A stretch of DNA of 64,000 nt from Paracoccaceae bacterium (GTDB lineage Bacteria; Pseudomonadota; Alphaproteobacteria; Rhodobacterales; Rhodobacteraceae), in contig JAGRMG010000243.1 in assembly GCA_020441385.1 (NCBI GenBank), positions 18,732-82,731 of the forward strand, in the 5' to 3' direction. The notes under the pieces are model-generated. The model did no database searches. It was not told where the DNA came from and saw only the letters and a list, made by a program, of their open reading frames with translations. Shown piece after piece: positions 48,492 to 57,645 of this stretch. The position numbers and the translations under genes were made by a program. Within the stretch, counting starts at the first letter, position 1, and each line of letters starts with the position of its first letter.

Positions 48492-49310
48492 ATGAGCGAT
48501 TCGAGCCCCAACGCCCCGACCCTGCGCGCCCGTGCGAGAGCCCTTGTCGAGCGGCCGGATTTCACCCGCTTCATCACCGGCGTGATCCTGTTCAACGCGG
48601 TCATCCTGGGGATGGAGACCTCGGACCGGCTGATGGAGGCCGCCGGGGCGCTGATCCTGGCGCTGGACATGGCCTGTCTGGGCGTGTTCGTGGTCGAGAT
48701 CGCGCTCAAGCTGTTTGCCTGGCGCGGGAACTTCTTCCGCAACGGCTGGAATCTCTTCGATTTCGTCATCGTCGCCGTCGCTCTGGTTCCGGCGGCGCAC
48801 GGGCTGTCGGTGCTGCGCGCCCTGCGCATCCTGCGGGTGTTGCGCGTGGTGTCGGTGGCGCCGCGGCTGCGCCGGGTGGTCGAGGGGTTCATCACCGCCC
48901 TGCCGGGCATGGGCAGCGTGTTCCTGCTGATGGCGATCGTCTTCTATATCGGCGCGGTGATGGCGACCAAGCTGTTCGGCGCGTCCTTTCCCGACTGGTT
49001 CGGCAGCCTGCCGCGGTCGGCCTATTCGCTGTTCCAGATCATGACCCTGGAAAGCTGGTCGATGGGCATCGTGCGCCCGGTCATGGCCGTCTATCCCTAT
49101 GCCTGGGTGTTCTTCGTGCCCTTCATCATGGTCACGACCTTCGCGGTGGTGAACCTGCTGGTCGGCCTGATCGTCAATTCGATGCAGGATGCGCACCATG
49201 CCGAGGACGAGGCCAAGACCGGCAGCTACCGCGACGAGGTTCTCGGACGCCTGGAAGGAATCGAACGGCAGTTGCAGTCGCTGACCGAAACACCTTCTGA
49301 CAAGAATTGA
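48492..49310 (+). CDS. Bacterial voltage-gated sodium channel (NaChBac/BacNav family)
   Basis: 272 aa with six TM segments. The S4 carries Arg at every third residue (VLRALRILRVLRVV). The selectivity filter FQIMTLESWSMG is the BacNav hallmark. A C-terminal coiled-coil tail is present. Confidence 0.85.
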   Translation: MSDSSPNAPTLRARARALVERPDFTRFITGVILFNAVILGMETSDRLMEAAGALILALDMACLGVFVVEIALKLFAWRGNFFRNGWNLFDFVIVAVALVPAAHGLSVLRALRILRVLRVVSVAPRLRRVVEGFITALPGMGSVFLLMAIVFYIGAVMATKLFGASFPDWFGSLPRSAYSLFQIMTLESWSMGIVRPVMAVYPYAWVFFVPFIMVTTFAVVNLLVGLIVNSMQDAHHAEDEAKTGSYRDEVLGRLEGIERQLQSLTETPSDKN

Positions 49311-49318
49311 TTTGGCAA

Positions 49319-49335
49319 CCCCGCTGCGAGCGGGG
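49319..49335 (+). terminator. Hairpin 9 nt after the channel gene stop (terminator-like, weak U-tract)
   Basis: CCCCGCT gcg AGCGGGG, a 7-bp stem with a 3-nt loop. Confidence 0.3.
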
Positions 49336-49372
49336 TATCAGGGGCACGAGGCGACAGGAAAGACAGGGACTC

Positions 49373-49873
49373 ATGCAAAGGCGGACATTCGGGCTGGGCC
49401 TGCTGGCGACGCTGGCGGTTCCGGGGTGCAGCAGCAAGTTCAGAACCTATAACGGGCCGCCCGTGACCTCGATCGTGGTCAACAAGGGCGCGCGGAGCAT
49501 GTTCCTGCTGAACGATCAGGACATTCTCGAATCCTACCGCTTCGATCTGGGCTTTGCGCCGACGGGCGCCAAGAAGGTCCGGGGCGACGGGCGCACGCCC
49601 GAAGGCACCTACGTCATCGACCGGCGCAACCCCAACAGCGACTTTCACCTGTCGGTCGGCATTTCCTATCCCAACGAACAGGATATCGCCGTGGCCAGGG
49701 CCATGGGCCAGGAGCCGGGCGGGGACATCTTCATTCACGGCCAGCCCAACAAGGGCACCAAGCGAAAGAAGGGCCGGGACTGGACGGCAGGCTGCATCGC
49801 GGTGAAGAACCGCGAGATCGAACAGATCTACGCCATGGTCCGGCTGGGTACGCCCATCACGATCCGGGCATGA
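49373..49873 (+). CDS. L,D-transpeptidase-fold lipoprotein (YafK/DpaA-like)
   Basis: Start at ATG 49373 with a lipobox (LAVPGCSS). GDGRTPEGTYVI...FHLSVGISYPN...IFIHG...WTAGCIAV is a YkuD catalytic domain of the YafK type. Confidence 0.75.
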   Translation: MQRRTFGLGLLATLAVPGCSSKFRTYNGPPVTSIVVNKGARSMFLLNDQDILESYRFDLGFAPTGAKKVRGDGRTPEGTYVIDRRNPNSDFHLSVGISYPNEQDIAVARAMGQEPGGDIFIHGQPNKGTKRKKGRDWTAGCIAVKNREIEQIYAMVRLGTPITIRA

Positions 49874-49883
49874 ACGGCGGACG

Positions 49884-50399
49884 TCAGCCGCCCATCAGCA
49901 GCGTCCACCAGAGCTTGCCGTTGTTTTCCTGATACCAGGCGAAACCCATGTTGGTTGCCCGCCGGTCCAGAATCACCGACCGCGAACCCGGTTCTTCCAT
50001 CCACGCGGCCAGGGTCTCCAGTTCGGTTTCGTAGGTTTCCGAGATGTTTTCGCCCAGCATCGTGCCGCCATAACCGGCGCGCTGCACCCGGTCGATCGGC
50101 GACGATCCGTCCGATCCGAAATGCCAGGGCCGGTTCTGTGCCGACATGTCGCGCGAATGGGTCTCGGCCGCCGCGGTCAGCTGAGGGTTGAGCTGCACCT
50201 CTCCGGCGCCGGACGCCGCGCGCAGCGCGTTGACCGAATCGAGTATGCGGTACTGCACCTTGGCCTTGTCGCCGCCGCGGATGCGGTAAACCTTCGGCAA
50301 GGGTTTGCCGTCAGAGCCGACGCGCTGGGCGTCGTAAGGCTCGGTACAGGCCGCCAGCAGCACAAGGCACGACAGTACAATGGAAATGACGCGAAACAT
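49884..50399 (-). CDS. CAP/SCP (PR-1-like) domain lipoprotein
   Basis: Start at ATG 50399 with a lipobox (LLAAC). LNPQLTAAAETHSRDM...GENISE...AWMEEPGSRSVIL is a CAP-domain pattern. Confidence 0.72.
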   Translation of the reverse strand: MFRVISIVLSCLVLLAACTEPYDAQRVGSDGKPLPKVYRIRGGDKAKVQYRILDSVNALRAASGAGEVQLNPQLTAAAETHSRDMSAQNRPWHFGSDGSSPIDRVQRAGYGGTMLGENISETYETELETLAAWMEEPGSRSVILDRRATNMGFAWYQENNGKLWWTLLMGG

Positions 50400-50568
50400 G
50401 ATCCACCCGGTATCCTTTGTTGGCCAACGGATTAACCTGCTAGCGCAAACGGTGCAAATGCGCAAATCGCATGGGCATATTCGTAATGCGTGTTTGATTT
50501 GCGGCCGCGGCTTTGTGAACATATATTGTGCCAGGCTGAAGCATCATTGAACCCCGGATTGGCTAGTC

Positions 50569-51177
50569 ATGAAGAAGAACGCGTTTCACTCACCCACGCG
50601 GCGTGGTTTCCTCGCAGGCAGCGCCGCCCTGGTCGGTCTGCCCGCCATCGCCGCCGAAGACGAAGAGCAGGAATATGACCCGTTGCGCCCGCCGCCGGCG
50701 GCCGAACCTGCGGTGCGCCACAACATATCGAGTTTCCGTTCCATCGACTGGCGCCCCTATTTCAGCAATCTGAATGGCGGCGCGATTCTGGTCGATACCG
50801 TCTCGCGGGCGCTGCACTACTGGTCCGCGGATCAGTCGGTCTACAAGCTTTACCCGTGCAGCGTGCCGCTGACCGACGAGTTGACGCGCCGCGGCCGGAC
50901 CAGCGTGATCCGCAAAGTCGAAGGCCCGAGCTGGAGCCCGACGCCGTCGATGAAAAAGCGCAATCCCGAATGGCCCAGTTATATTCCCCCGGGTCCGGAC
51001 AATCCGCTTGGCACGCACGCATTGTACCTGAGCTGGCAATATTACCGCATCCACGGCACCCACGACACGCGCAAGATCGGCCGCCGGTCCTCGAACGGGT
51101 GCATCGGCCTTTACAACCAGCATATCCAGGAACTGTTCGGCATGGCGAGGGTGGGAACGCAAGTGTTGCTTATTTGA
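50569..51177 (+). CDS. L,D-transpeptidase (YkuD domain) with a twin-arginine signal
   Basis: 202 aa. Tat signal SPTRRGFLAGSAALVGLPAIAA, and catalytic HGTHDTRKIGRRSSNGCIGL. Confidence 0.8.
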   Translation: MKKNAFHSPTRRGFLAGSAALVGLPAIAAEDEEQEYDPLRPPPAAEPAVRHNISSFRSIDWRPYFSNLNGGAILVDTVSRALHYWSADQSVYKLYPCSVPLTDELTRRGRTSVIRKVEGPSWSPTPSMKKRNPEWPSYIPPGPDNPLGTHALYLSWQYYRIHGTHDTRKIGRRSSNGCIGLYNQHIQELFGMARVGTQVLLI

Positions 51178-51315
51178 CGACATCGCGAGGCAGCGAGTCC
51201 GAAAATACGCAAACAGCATTTGCATTCTACCCGCATTGCTGCTTAGAAAAAACCACGAGGTAAGTCTTGGGAGTACGGTTCTCTTGTTTGAATCGTGCGA
51301 ATTCTGGAGGTTAAC

Positions 51316-51498
51316 ATGAAGAAACTCGTTCTCGCTGCTGCCCTGGCCGCCGCCGCGTCGTCCGCAACCGCAGGCAGCCTGGCTGAGCCGATCGTCGAAG
51401 CGCCGGTGATCGTGGAAGAAGCATCCGGCTCGTCCAGCGGCTGGGTTCTGCCGCTGATCCTGCTGGTGCTGGTCGGCGCAGCTGTCGCCGCCAACTGA
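51316..51498 (+). CDS. Small (60-aa) secreted, C-terminally anchored hypothetical protein
   Basis: GGAGG lies 5 nt upstream of ATG 51316. Signal peptide MKKLVLAAALAAAASSATA, an acidic/Pro-rich middle (EPIVEAPVIVEE), then a Ser/Gly linker and the hydrophobic tail GWVLPLILLVLVGAAVAAN. An intrinsic terminator follows. Confidence 0.5.
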   Translation: MKKLVLAAALAAAASSATAGSLAEPIVEAPVIVEEASGSSSGWVLPLILLVLVGAAVAAN

Positions 51499-51523
51499 TC
51501 GGCACGCGACCACAGACCGGAAA

Positions 51524-51552
51524 GGGCGGCAGGCGATACCTGCCGCCTTTTT
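51524..51552 (+). terminator. Rho-independent terminator (possibly bidirectional, shared with hemH)
   Basis: GGCGGCAGG (51525-51533), a 5-nt loop, CCTGCCGCC (51539-51547), then TTTTT (51548-51552). Confidence 0.7.
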
Positions 51553-51610
51553 CATGTCTCGAATTCCGTTTCCCGAACCGTGCCCATGGGCGCCGGTTGC
51601 GGCAGGCGGC

Positions 51611-52663
51611 CTATTCGAGCCAGCCGGCCAGATTTTGCGCCACGACATCGCCCAGCGCCGCGATATGCGCGTCGTCGTCGTTGAGACAGGGGATGTAGGT
51701 GAAACTCTCACCGCCCGCGCCAAGAAAGCTGTCGCGGATCTCCTGGTTGATCTCTTCCAGCGTTTCAATGCAGTCGGCGGAAAACGCCGGGGCACAGACG
51801 GCGATGCGCCCTTTGCCCGATTTCGCCAGGCGCGCGACTTCTTCGACCGTGTAGGGCTTCAGCCATTCCTCGGGGCCGAACCGCGACTGGAAGGTTGTCG
51901 TGATCGCGCTGTCCTCCCAGCCCAGACGTTCGCGCAGCAGTCGCGTGGTCCTCGCGCATTGGCAATGGTACGGGTCGCCCTGGGCCAGGTAGCGTTCGGG
52001 CATCCCGTGATAGGAACACACCAGGATGTCGGGCCGGGTCTCGGCCGCCGCATAGGCGCGTTCGATCGACTGCGCCAGCGCGTCGATATAGGATGGCTGG
52101 TCGAAATAGGCGGGCACCGTTCGGCTGGCCGGCTGCCATGTCTCCTCCATCAGCGCCCGAAAGAACTGGTCGTTGGCCGTCGCCGTGGTGGCGCCCGCAT
52201 ATTGCGGATAGAGCGGAAAGAACAGGATTCTCCGGCACCCGGCCTCGACCATCGCGCGAACCTTCGTTTTCGTCGAGGGGTTGCCGTAGCGCATGCAGAA
52301 ATCGACCATCACCCGGTCGCCGTAGCGGCCGGCCAGATGCGCGGCCAGTTTTTCGGTCTGCGCCCTGGTGATGGTCAGCAGCGGGCTTTCTCCGGTTTCC
52401 TCGTTCCAGATCGACTTGTAGGCGGCGCCGCTGGAAAACGGCCGTTTGGTCAGGATGACGGCCTGCAACAGCGGCTGCCATTTCCACGCCGGGTAGTCGA
52501 TGACGCGTCTGTCCGACAGGAACTCGTTCAGATAGCGCCGCATCGGCCAGTAATCATAGCTGTCGGGCGTGCCGAGATTGGCCAGCAGCACACCCGTCCT
52601 TTCCGCGGCGATGGCGGGGTGCGTGTCGGGGGCGTGATCCGGTCGGCGGGGGATATCTGGCAT
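51611..52663 (-). CDS. hemH: Ferrochelatase
   Basis: 350 aa from ATG 52663. GVLLANLGTPD, LFFPLYPQY and SYHGMPERY are ferrochelatase motifs. The 53-aa track extension is not supported. Confidence 0.93.
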   Translation of the reverse strand: MPDIPRRPDHAPDTHPAIAAERTGVLLANLGTPDSYDYWPMRRYLNEFLSDRRVIDYPAWKWQPLLQAVILTKRPFSSGAAYKSIWNEETGESPLLTITRAQTEKLAAHLAGRYGDRVMVDFCMRYGNPSTKTKVRAMVEAGCRRILFFPLYPQYAGATTATANDQFFRALMEETWQPASRTVPAYFDQPSYIDALAQSIERAYAAAETRPDILVCSYHGMPERYLAQGDPYHCQCARTTRLLRERLGWEDSAITTTFQSRFGPEEWLKPYTVEEVARLAKSGKGRIAVCAPAFSADCIETLEEINQEIRDSFLGAGGESFTYIPCLNDDDAHIAALGDVVAQNLAGWLE

Positions 52664-52719
52664 CTGCGTTGTCCTGTGGGCATGCTGTCCGGGCCGGGAT
52701 AACCGGTCGGGCGGGGGCG

Positions 52720-53538
52720 TCAATCGGGCAATCCGGTTTCGGTGGTGCGCAACGCATCGGCCAGCCTTGCCTTGGCGGAACCGGGGCGCAACGGTTTGGG
52801 CTGGCTGTCGGCAGGTGCCCATCCGGTCAGGCAGACCAGTTCGAACGTCGCCGGCAGCCGGCCCTCGGGGGTGGCGAAATGGTCGCGGTAGAGGGTTTCG
52901 GCGGCGTCGAACACCGCGCGCCGCGTCGGGTGGCGCAGGCGCGCCGCAAGCGCGTTGGTTTCGCCCATCGCGCGCAAATCATGCATCAGGTGGCGCAGGT
53001 CGCGGTATTCGGCGGTCAGGTCCACGGCGTCGGCCACCGGCAGCGCCAGGCCCGCCCGCTGGAGCAGCTGGCCGAGGTCGCGAATCTCGGCCATGGGCGC
53101 GATGCGCGGCGACAGGCCGCCGCTCACGGCTATTTCGGCCTGGCCCAGAACCGCGCGCAGTTCCCGCAGGGTCTGCCCGCCCGGCAGGACCGCCAGCAAC
53201 AGCCCGTCGGGCCGCAACGCCCGGCGGCACTGGATCAGCTGACCCACCGGATCGTTGGCCCAGTGCAGCGCCATTGCATGCACCACCAGGTCGAAACCTT
53301 CCGGCGCGAGGTCGAGGATTTCGCTGTCGGCCGCGATTCGCGCGCCGGGAAATTCCGCCGCCCAGAAATCGGCGAAGGGCGTCACCACGGCGGGCGCGGT
53401 AAACGTCCTGTTAACCATCGAAAGCCGATCCTGCACCTCGTCGCACGCGGCGCGATGCAGGAACAGGGCGTCATGGCTGGCGCGGGCGCGATGGGCGCCC
53501 AGCGCCGCGCGGTCGAACAGGAGTGGTGTTTCCATCAT
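52720..53538 (-). CDS. SAM-dependent methyltransferase family protein (BioC/NDUFAF5-like)
   Basis: 272 aa. FDLVVHAMALHWANDPVGQLIQCRRALRPDGLLL is the post-motif-II/III region of class I methyltransferases. The N-terminal glycine motif is degenerate. Confidence 0.65.
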   Translation of the reverse strand: MMETPLLFDRAALGAHRARASHDALFLHRAACDEVQDRLSMVNRTFTAPAVVTPFADFWAAEFPGARIAADSEILDLAPEGFDLVVHAMALHWANDPVGQLIQCRRALRPDGLLLAVLPGGQTLRELRAVLGQAEIAVSGGLSPRIAPMAEIRDLGQLLQRAGLALPVADAVDLTAEYRDLRHLMHDLRAMGETNALAARLRHPTRRAVFDAAETLYRDHFATPEGRLPATFELVCLTGWAPADSQPKPLRPGSAKARLADALRTTETGLPD

Positions 53539-53555
53539 GCGGGCAAACTAGGGCC

Positions 53556-54284
53556 ATGCGGGCAAGGATTCAAACGGCTGTCGAACTTCTCTATCCGCCG
53601 CGCTGCCTGGGATGCGGCAGCATGGTGCAGAACGATTTCGGCCTGTGCGGGCCGTGCTGGCGCGACACGCCCTTCATCGGCGGTACGGTCTGCGAAAGCT
53701 GCGGCGTACCGCTGCCGGGAGAGCCGGACGGCTATCGTCTGGAATGCGACGACTGCATGGCGGCGCCACGGCCCTGGGCCGAGGGCCGGGCGGCGCTGCT
53801 CTACCGCGACCGGGCGCGCGATCTGGTGCTGGCGCTGAAACACGGCGACCGGCCCGAGATCGCCCGCCCGGCCGGGTTGTGGCTGGCCCGCGCGGCGCGC
53901 CCGTTCCTGCGCGACGGGCTGCTGATCGCGCCGGTGCCGCTGCACTGGTCGCGCCTGCTGAAACGGCGCTACAACCAGTCGGCGTTGCTGGCCCGCGCGC
54001 TCGCGCGCCAGACCGGGCTGGCGCTGTGCCCCGACCTGCTGATCCGAACGCGCCGCACGGCACCGCTGGAGGGCAAAACCGCCGGCGAACGGTTCGAGAT
54101 GCTGCGCGATGCGATTCGCGCCCATCCGCGGCGGCGTCACCGGCTTGCCGGGAGGGGCGTGATTCTGGTCGATGACGTGATGACATCGGGGGCGACCATG
54201 GCCGCCTGTGCGAACGCATGCCACCAGGGCGGCGCCGCAGAGGTCCACGTTCTGACACTGGCGCGCGTTGCAAAGAATGCCTAA
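53556..54284 (+). CDS. comF: ComF family protein (double zinc ribbon plus phosphoribosyltransferase domain)
   Basis: Start at ATG 53556. PPRCLGCG...CGPCW...CESCG...CDDC zinc ribbons and the PRTase motif VILVDDVMTSGAT. Confidence 0.8.
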   Translation: MRARIQTAVELLYPPRCLGCGSMVQNDFGLCGPCWRDTPFIGGTVCESCGVPLPGEPDGYRLECDDCMAAPRPWAEGRAALLYRDRARDLVLALKHGDRPEIARPAGLWLARAARPFLRDGLLIAPVPLHWSRLLKRRYNQSALLARALARQTGLALCPDLLIRTRRTAPLEGKTAGERFEMLRDAIRAHPRRRHRLAGRGVILVDDVMTSGATMAACANACHQGGAAEVHVLTLARVAKNA

Positions 54285-54321
54285 ATCCCCGACAAGGGCA
54301 CCAACGTCAGGGGAATGCGGA

Positions 54322-54579
54322 ATGAAACCGGTTGAAATCTACACCTCGCCGATGTGCGGCTTCTGTCACGCCGCCAAGCGGCTGCTGACGAAGAAGGGCA
54401 TCGGCTTTGACGAGATCGACGTTCTCGCCCATCCCGATCGCAAGCCCGAGATGATCCAGCGCGCCGGAGGCCGCCGCACGGTGCCCCAGATCTTCATCGG
54501 CGGCATCCATGTCGGTGGCTGCGACGACCTGTTCGAGCTCGAGGACGACGGCAAGCTCGACGCGCTTCTGGCCTCGTGA
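54322..54579 (+). CDS. grxC: Glutaredoxin 3
   Basis: 85 aa from ATG 54322. Active site SPMCGFC, then TVPQIFIGG.HVGGCDDL. Confidence 0.92.
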   Translation: MKPVEIYTSPMCGFCHAAKRLLTKKGIGFDEIDVLAHPDRKPEMIQRAGGRRTVPQIFIGGIHVGGCDDLFELEDDGKLDALLAS

Positions 54580-55409
54580 TGCGGACGGCGCTGATCCAGA
54601 TGTGTTCGGGCGACGATCCGGCCGCCAACCTCGAACAGGCCCGCCGCTTGGTGGCGCAGGCCGCCGAACGCGGCGCCGGGTTCGTCCTGACGCCCGAGGT
54701 CACGAACTGCGTGTCGGCCAGCCGCACCAGACAGGAGACCGTGCTGCATTCCGAGGCCGACGACCCGGCGCTGGCCGGCCTGCGCGCGCTGGCGGGGGAA
54801 CTGAAGGTGTGGCTCCTGATCGGCTCTCTGGCGCTGAAAACCGACGACGCCGACGGGCGCTTTGCCAACCGGTCGTTCCTGATCGGGCCGGATGGCGGCA
54901 TCCGCGCCCGCTATGACAAGATCCACATGTTCGACGTGCAGGTGACGCCCGAAGAGACCTATCGCGAATCGGAGGGCTTCCGCCCCGGTTCGCGGGCGGT
55001 GGTGGCCGAAACGCCCTTCGGCAGGCTTGGCCTCAGCGTGTGTTACGACATCAGGTTTCCCCATCTCTATCAGGCGCTGGCCCGGGCGGGCGCGCGGATA
55101 CTGACGGTGCCGGCGGCGTTCTCGCCGGTGACGGGGGCGGCGCATTGGCGGCCGCTGCTGCGGGCGCGGGCGATCGAAACCGGCTGTTTCGTGCTGGCCC
55201 CGGCCCAGACCGGCGAACATGCGGCCACACGCGGCCGCCCGCGCCGCACGCATGGGCACAGCATGGCCGTTTCGCCCTGGGGCGAGGTGCTGGTGGATGG
55301 CGGCACCGATCCGGGGATTCATGTCTTCGACATGGACCTGAACATGGTGGACGAGGCGCGGCGCAGGGTTCCCTCGCTAAGCCATGTCCGCCCCTTCGAC
55401 GGCCCCTGA
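54576..55409 (+). CDS. Carbon-nitrogen hydrolase (nitrilase superfamily, Nit/omega-amidase-like)
   Basis: 277 aa with a Glu-Lys-Cys triad context (TPE..., KIHMFD, VCYDIRFP). Confidence 0.85.
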   Translation: MMRTALIQMCSGDDPAANLEQARRLVAQAAERGAGFVLTPEVTNCVSASRTRQETVLHSEADDPALAGLRALAGELKVWLLIGSLALKTDDADGRFANRSFLIGPDGGIRARYDKIHMFDVQVTPEETYRESEGFRPGSRAVVAETPFGRLGLSVCYDIRFPHLYQALARAGARILTVPAAFSPVTGAAHWRPLLRARAIETGCFVLAPAQTGEHAATRGRPRRTHGHSMAVSPWGEVLVDGGTDPGIHVFDMDLNMVDEARRRVPSLSHVRPFDGP

Positions 55410-55413
55410 GCCT

Positions 55414-55857
55414 ATGAGCGAGGAAACCAATGCCCTTGCGGTCACGCTGTTCAGCGAGATTCTGACCGCCGACCAGTTGCTGCGCAACCGGCTGAGCCGA
55501 ATCCTGCCCAAAGGCATGGAAATCTCGCATTTCTCGGTGCTCAACCATCTCGCGTTCGTCGCCGATGAACGCACGCCCGCGCAGCTGGCCGACACGTTCC
55601 ACGTCACCCGCGGCGCGATGACCAACACGCTGAACAGGCTGGAATGGGCGGGATATGTGCATATCAGACCCGACTGGGACGATGCCCGCCGCAAGATGGT
55701 GGCGATCAGCCCGGCCGGCCGCCGGGCGCGCGACCATGCGATCGCCGCCATCGCGCCGGTCATCAATCAGGTCGTCGCCGAACTGGGCGGCGAGCGGGTC
55801 CGCTCGGTTCTGCCGGTGCTGCGCGATCTGCGCATCCGCCTGGAGCGGGGCGGCTGA
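55414..55857 (+). CDS. MarR family transcriptional regulator
   Basis: About 147 aa from ATG 55414, with a winged-HTH region (FSVLNHL...PAQLADTFHVTRGAMTNTLNRLEWAGYV). Confidence 0.8.
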   Translation: MSEETNALAVTLFSEILTADQLLRNRLSRILPKGMEISHFSVLNHLAFVADERTPAQLADTFHVTRGAMTNTLNRLEWAGYVHIRPDWDDARRKMVAISPAGRRARDHAIAAIAPVINQVVAELGGERVRSVLPVLRDLRIRLERGG

Positions 55858-55861
55858 ACGG

Positions 55862-56611
55862 TCAGGCCGCGGGCGCGGTGCTGGCGGTGACGTAGTTGAC
55901 GCTCAGGTCGCGGTCGGACAGGCGCCATTGCCAGCTCAGCGGGTTGAACACGAACCCCTTGCGGTCGACCGGTTGCAGCCCCGCCTCGCGCAGCAGCGCA
56001 TAAAGTTCGTCCGGCGTGATGAATTTCGACCAGTCATGCGTGCCCCGCGGCAGCCAGCGCATGACGAGTTCCGCCCCGACGATGGCCGTCGCAAAGGACT
56101 TCGGGTTGCGGTTGATGGTCGAACAGATGTGCAGCCCACCGGGCTTGAGAAGGCGGCGGCAGGCCGCAAGATAGGCCGCCGGATCGGCGACATGTTCGAT
56201 CACTTCCATGTTCAGCACCGCATCGAAGCGTTCGCCGGCTTCGGCCAGCGCCTCGGCGGTGGTGTGGCGATAGTCGATCGTCAGCCCCGACTGTTCCGCG
56301 TGGATGCGTGCGACATGCAGGTTGCCTTCGGCGGCATCGGCGCCGACCACCTCGGCGCCCAGCCGCGCCATCGGCTCGCACAGCAATCCGCCGCCGCAGC
56401 CTATGTCCAATAGTCGCAGGCCGGCAAAGGGCGACGGGGCGGAAAGGTCGCGGTCGAACTGCCCCGCGATCTGGGCGGCGATATAGTCCAGACGGCAGGG
56501 ATTGAGCATATGCAAGGGCTTGAACTTTCCGTGGGGATCCCACCACTCGGCGGCCATCGCCTCGAACTTGGCGATCTCGGCGGGATCCACGGTGGATTGA
56601 GGTGCTTGCAT
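55862..56611 (-). CDS. ubiG: Ubiquinone biosynthesis O-methyltransferase UbiG
   Basis: 249 aa from ATG 56611. [30 protein letters not shown] and MEVIEHV are UbiG motifs. The 130-aa track extension is not supported. Confidence 0.92.
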   Translation of the reverse strand: MQAPQSTVDPAEIAKFEAMAAEWWDPHGKFKPLHMLNPCRLDYIAAQIAGQFDRDLSAPSPFAGLRLLDIGCGGGLLCEPMARLGAEVVGADAAEGNLHVARIHAEQSGLTIDYRHTTAEALAEAGERFDAVLNMEVIEHVADPAAYLAACRRLLKPGGLHICSTINRNPKSFATAIVGAELVMRWLPRGTHDWSKFITPDELYALLREAGLQPVDRKGFVFNPLSWQWRLSDRDLSVNYVTASTAPAA

Positions 56612-56661
56612 TCGGGTCTCCGTTCGATCTTTTATTTCAGGCAGTCTATATAGGGTCAGTA

Positions 56662-57645
56662 ATGGACAAGCACCCCGACCAAAAGCGCGCAGTGCAGTAT
56701 CTTCATCCGCCGGCCGACCCCTATGACCAGCGGATGGTCGATGTCGGGCAGGGCCACCGCATCTATGTCGAACAATGCGGCAATCCGCACGGCATTCCGG
56801 TGGTCGTGCTGCATGGCGGTCCGGGCGGCGGGTGCAGTCCGGCCATGCGCCGCTATTTCGATCCTGGCCTCTATCGGGTGATTCTGTTCGATCAGCGCGG
56901 CTGTGGGCGCTCGCGCCCGCATGCCGCTGTCGAGAACAATACCACATGGCATCTGGTGGACGACATCGAGCGCATTCGCCGTCTGCTTGGGATCGACGCA
57001 TGGATGGTGTTCGGCGGCAGCTGGGGGGCGACGCTGGCGCTGGTCTATGCGCAAAGCCATCCCGACCGGGTGCGCCATCTGATCCTGCGCGGCGTGTTCC
57101 TGATGACCCGGGCCGAACTGGACTGGTTCTATGGCGGCGGGGCGGGCCGGTTCTGGCCGGAAACCTGGGCGCGATTCGCCGCGCCGATTCCCGAAAACGA
57201 ACGCCATGACCTGATCGCCGCCTACAACCGGCGCCTGTTTTGCGGCGACATGGCCGAAGAGGTCAGGTACGGCCGCGCGTGGTCGGGTTGGGAAAACGCG
57301 CTGGCCTCGATCCATTCGGGCGGCCATGCCGGCGAAGGCCCCGGCGAATACGCCCGCGCCTTCGCGCGGCTCGAGAATCACTATTTCATGAATGCGGGTT
57401 TCCTGGAATTCGACGGGCAGATCCTTGCCAATATGGGGCGGATTTCCCACATTCCGGGGGTCATCGTGCAGGGACGTTATGATATGATCTGCCCGCCGGC
57501 CTCGGCCTGGAAGCTGAACGAGCTTTGGCCGGCGGCCGAACTGAAGATGATCCGCAACGCCGGCCATGCCCTGTCCGAACCCGGCATCAGCGCCGAACTG
57601 GTGCGGGTCATGAACGCGCTGGCAAGAAAGGATGCGCAAGGATGA
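56662..57645 (+). CDS. pip: Prolyl aminopeptidase (proline iminopeptidase)
   Basis: Start at ATG 56662. [19 protein letters not shown] and the nucleophile elbow GGSWGATL. Confidence 0.92.
   Translation: MDKHPDQKRAVQYLHPPADPYDQRMVDVGQGHRIYVEQCGNPHGIPVVVLHGGPGGGCSPAMRRYFDPGLYRVILFDQRGCGRSRPHAAVENNTTWHLVDDIERIRRLLGIDAWMVFGGSWGATLALVYAQSHPDRVRHLILRGVFLMTRAELDWFYGGGAGRFWPETWARFAAPIPENERHDLIAAYNRRLFCGDMAEEVRYGRAWSGWENALASIHSGGHAGEGPGEYARAFARLENHYFMNAGFLEFDGQILANMGRISHIPGVIVQGRYDMICPPASAWKLNELWPAAELKMIRNAGHALSEPGISAELVRVMNALARKDAQG

Noticed and set aside
45218-48910. 1230-aa minus-strand ORF spanning cca, the ABC exporter, an intergenic region and part of the sodium-channel gene
   Set aside because: It runs codon-aligned antisense to cca and the ABC gene, which share a frame. 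Its first codon positions therefore face the G/C-rich third positions of the real genes, and stop codons are almost impossible. The translation is Arg/Gly/Pro/Ala-rich low complexity with no recognisable motif. The plus-strand genes have clear family signatures.
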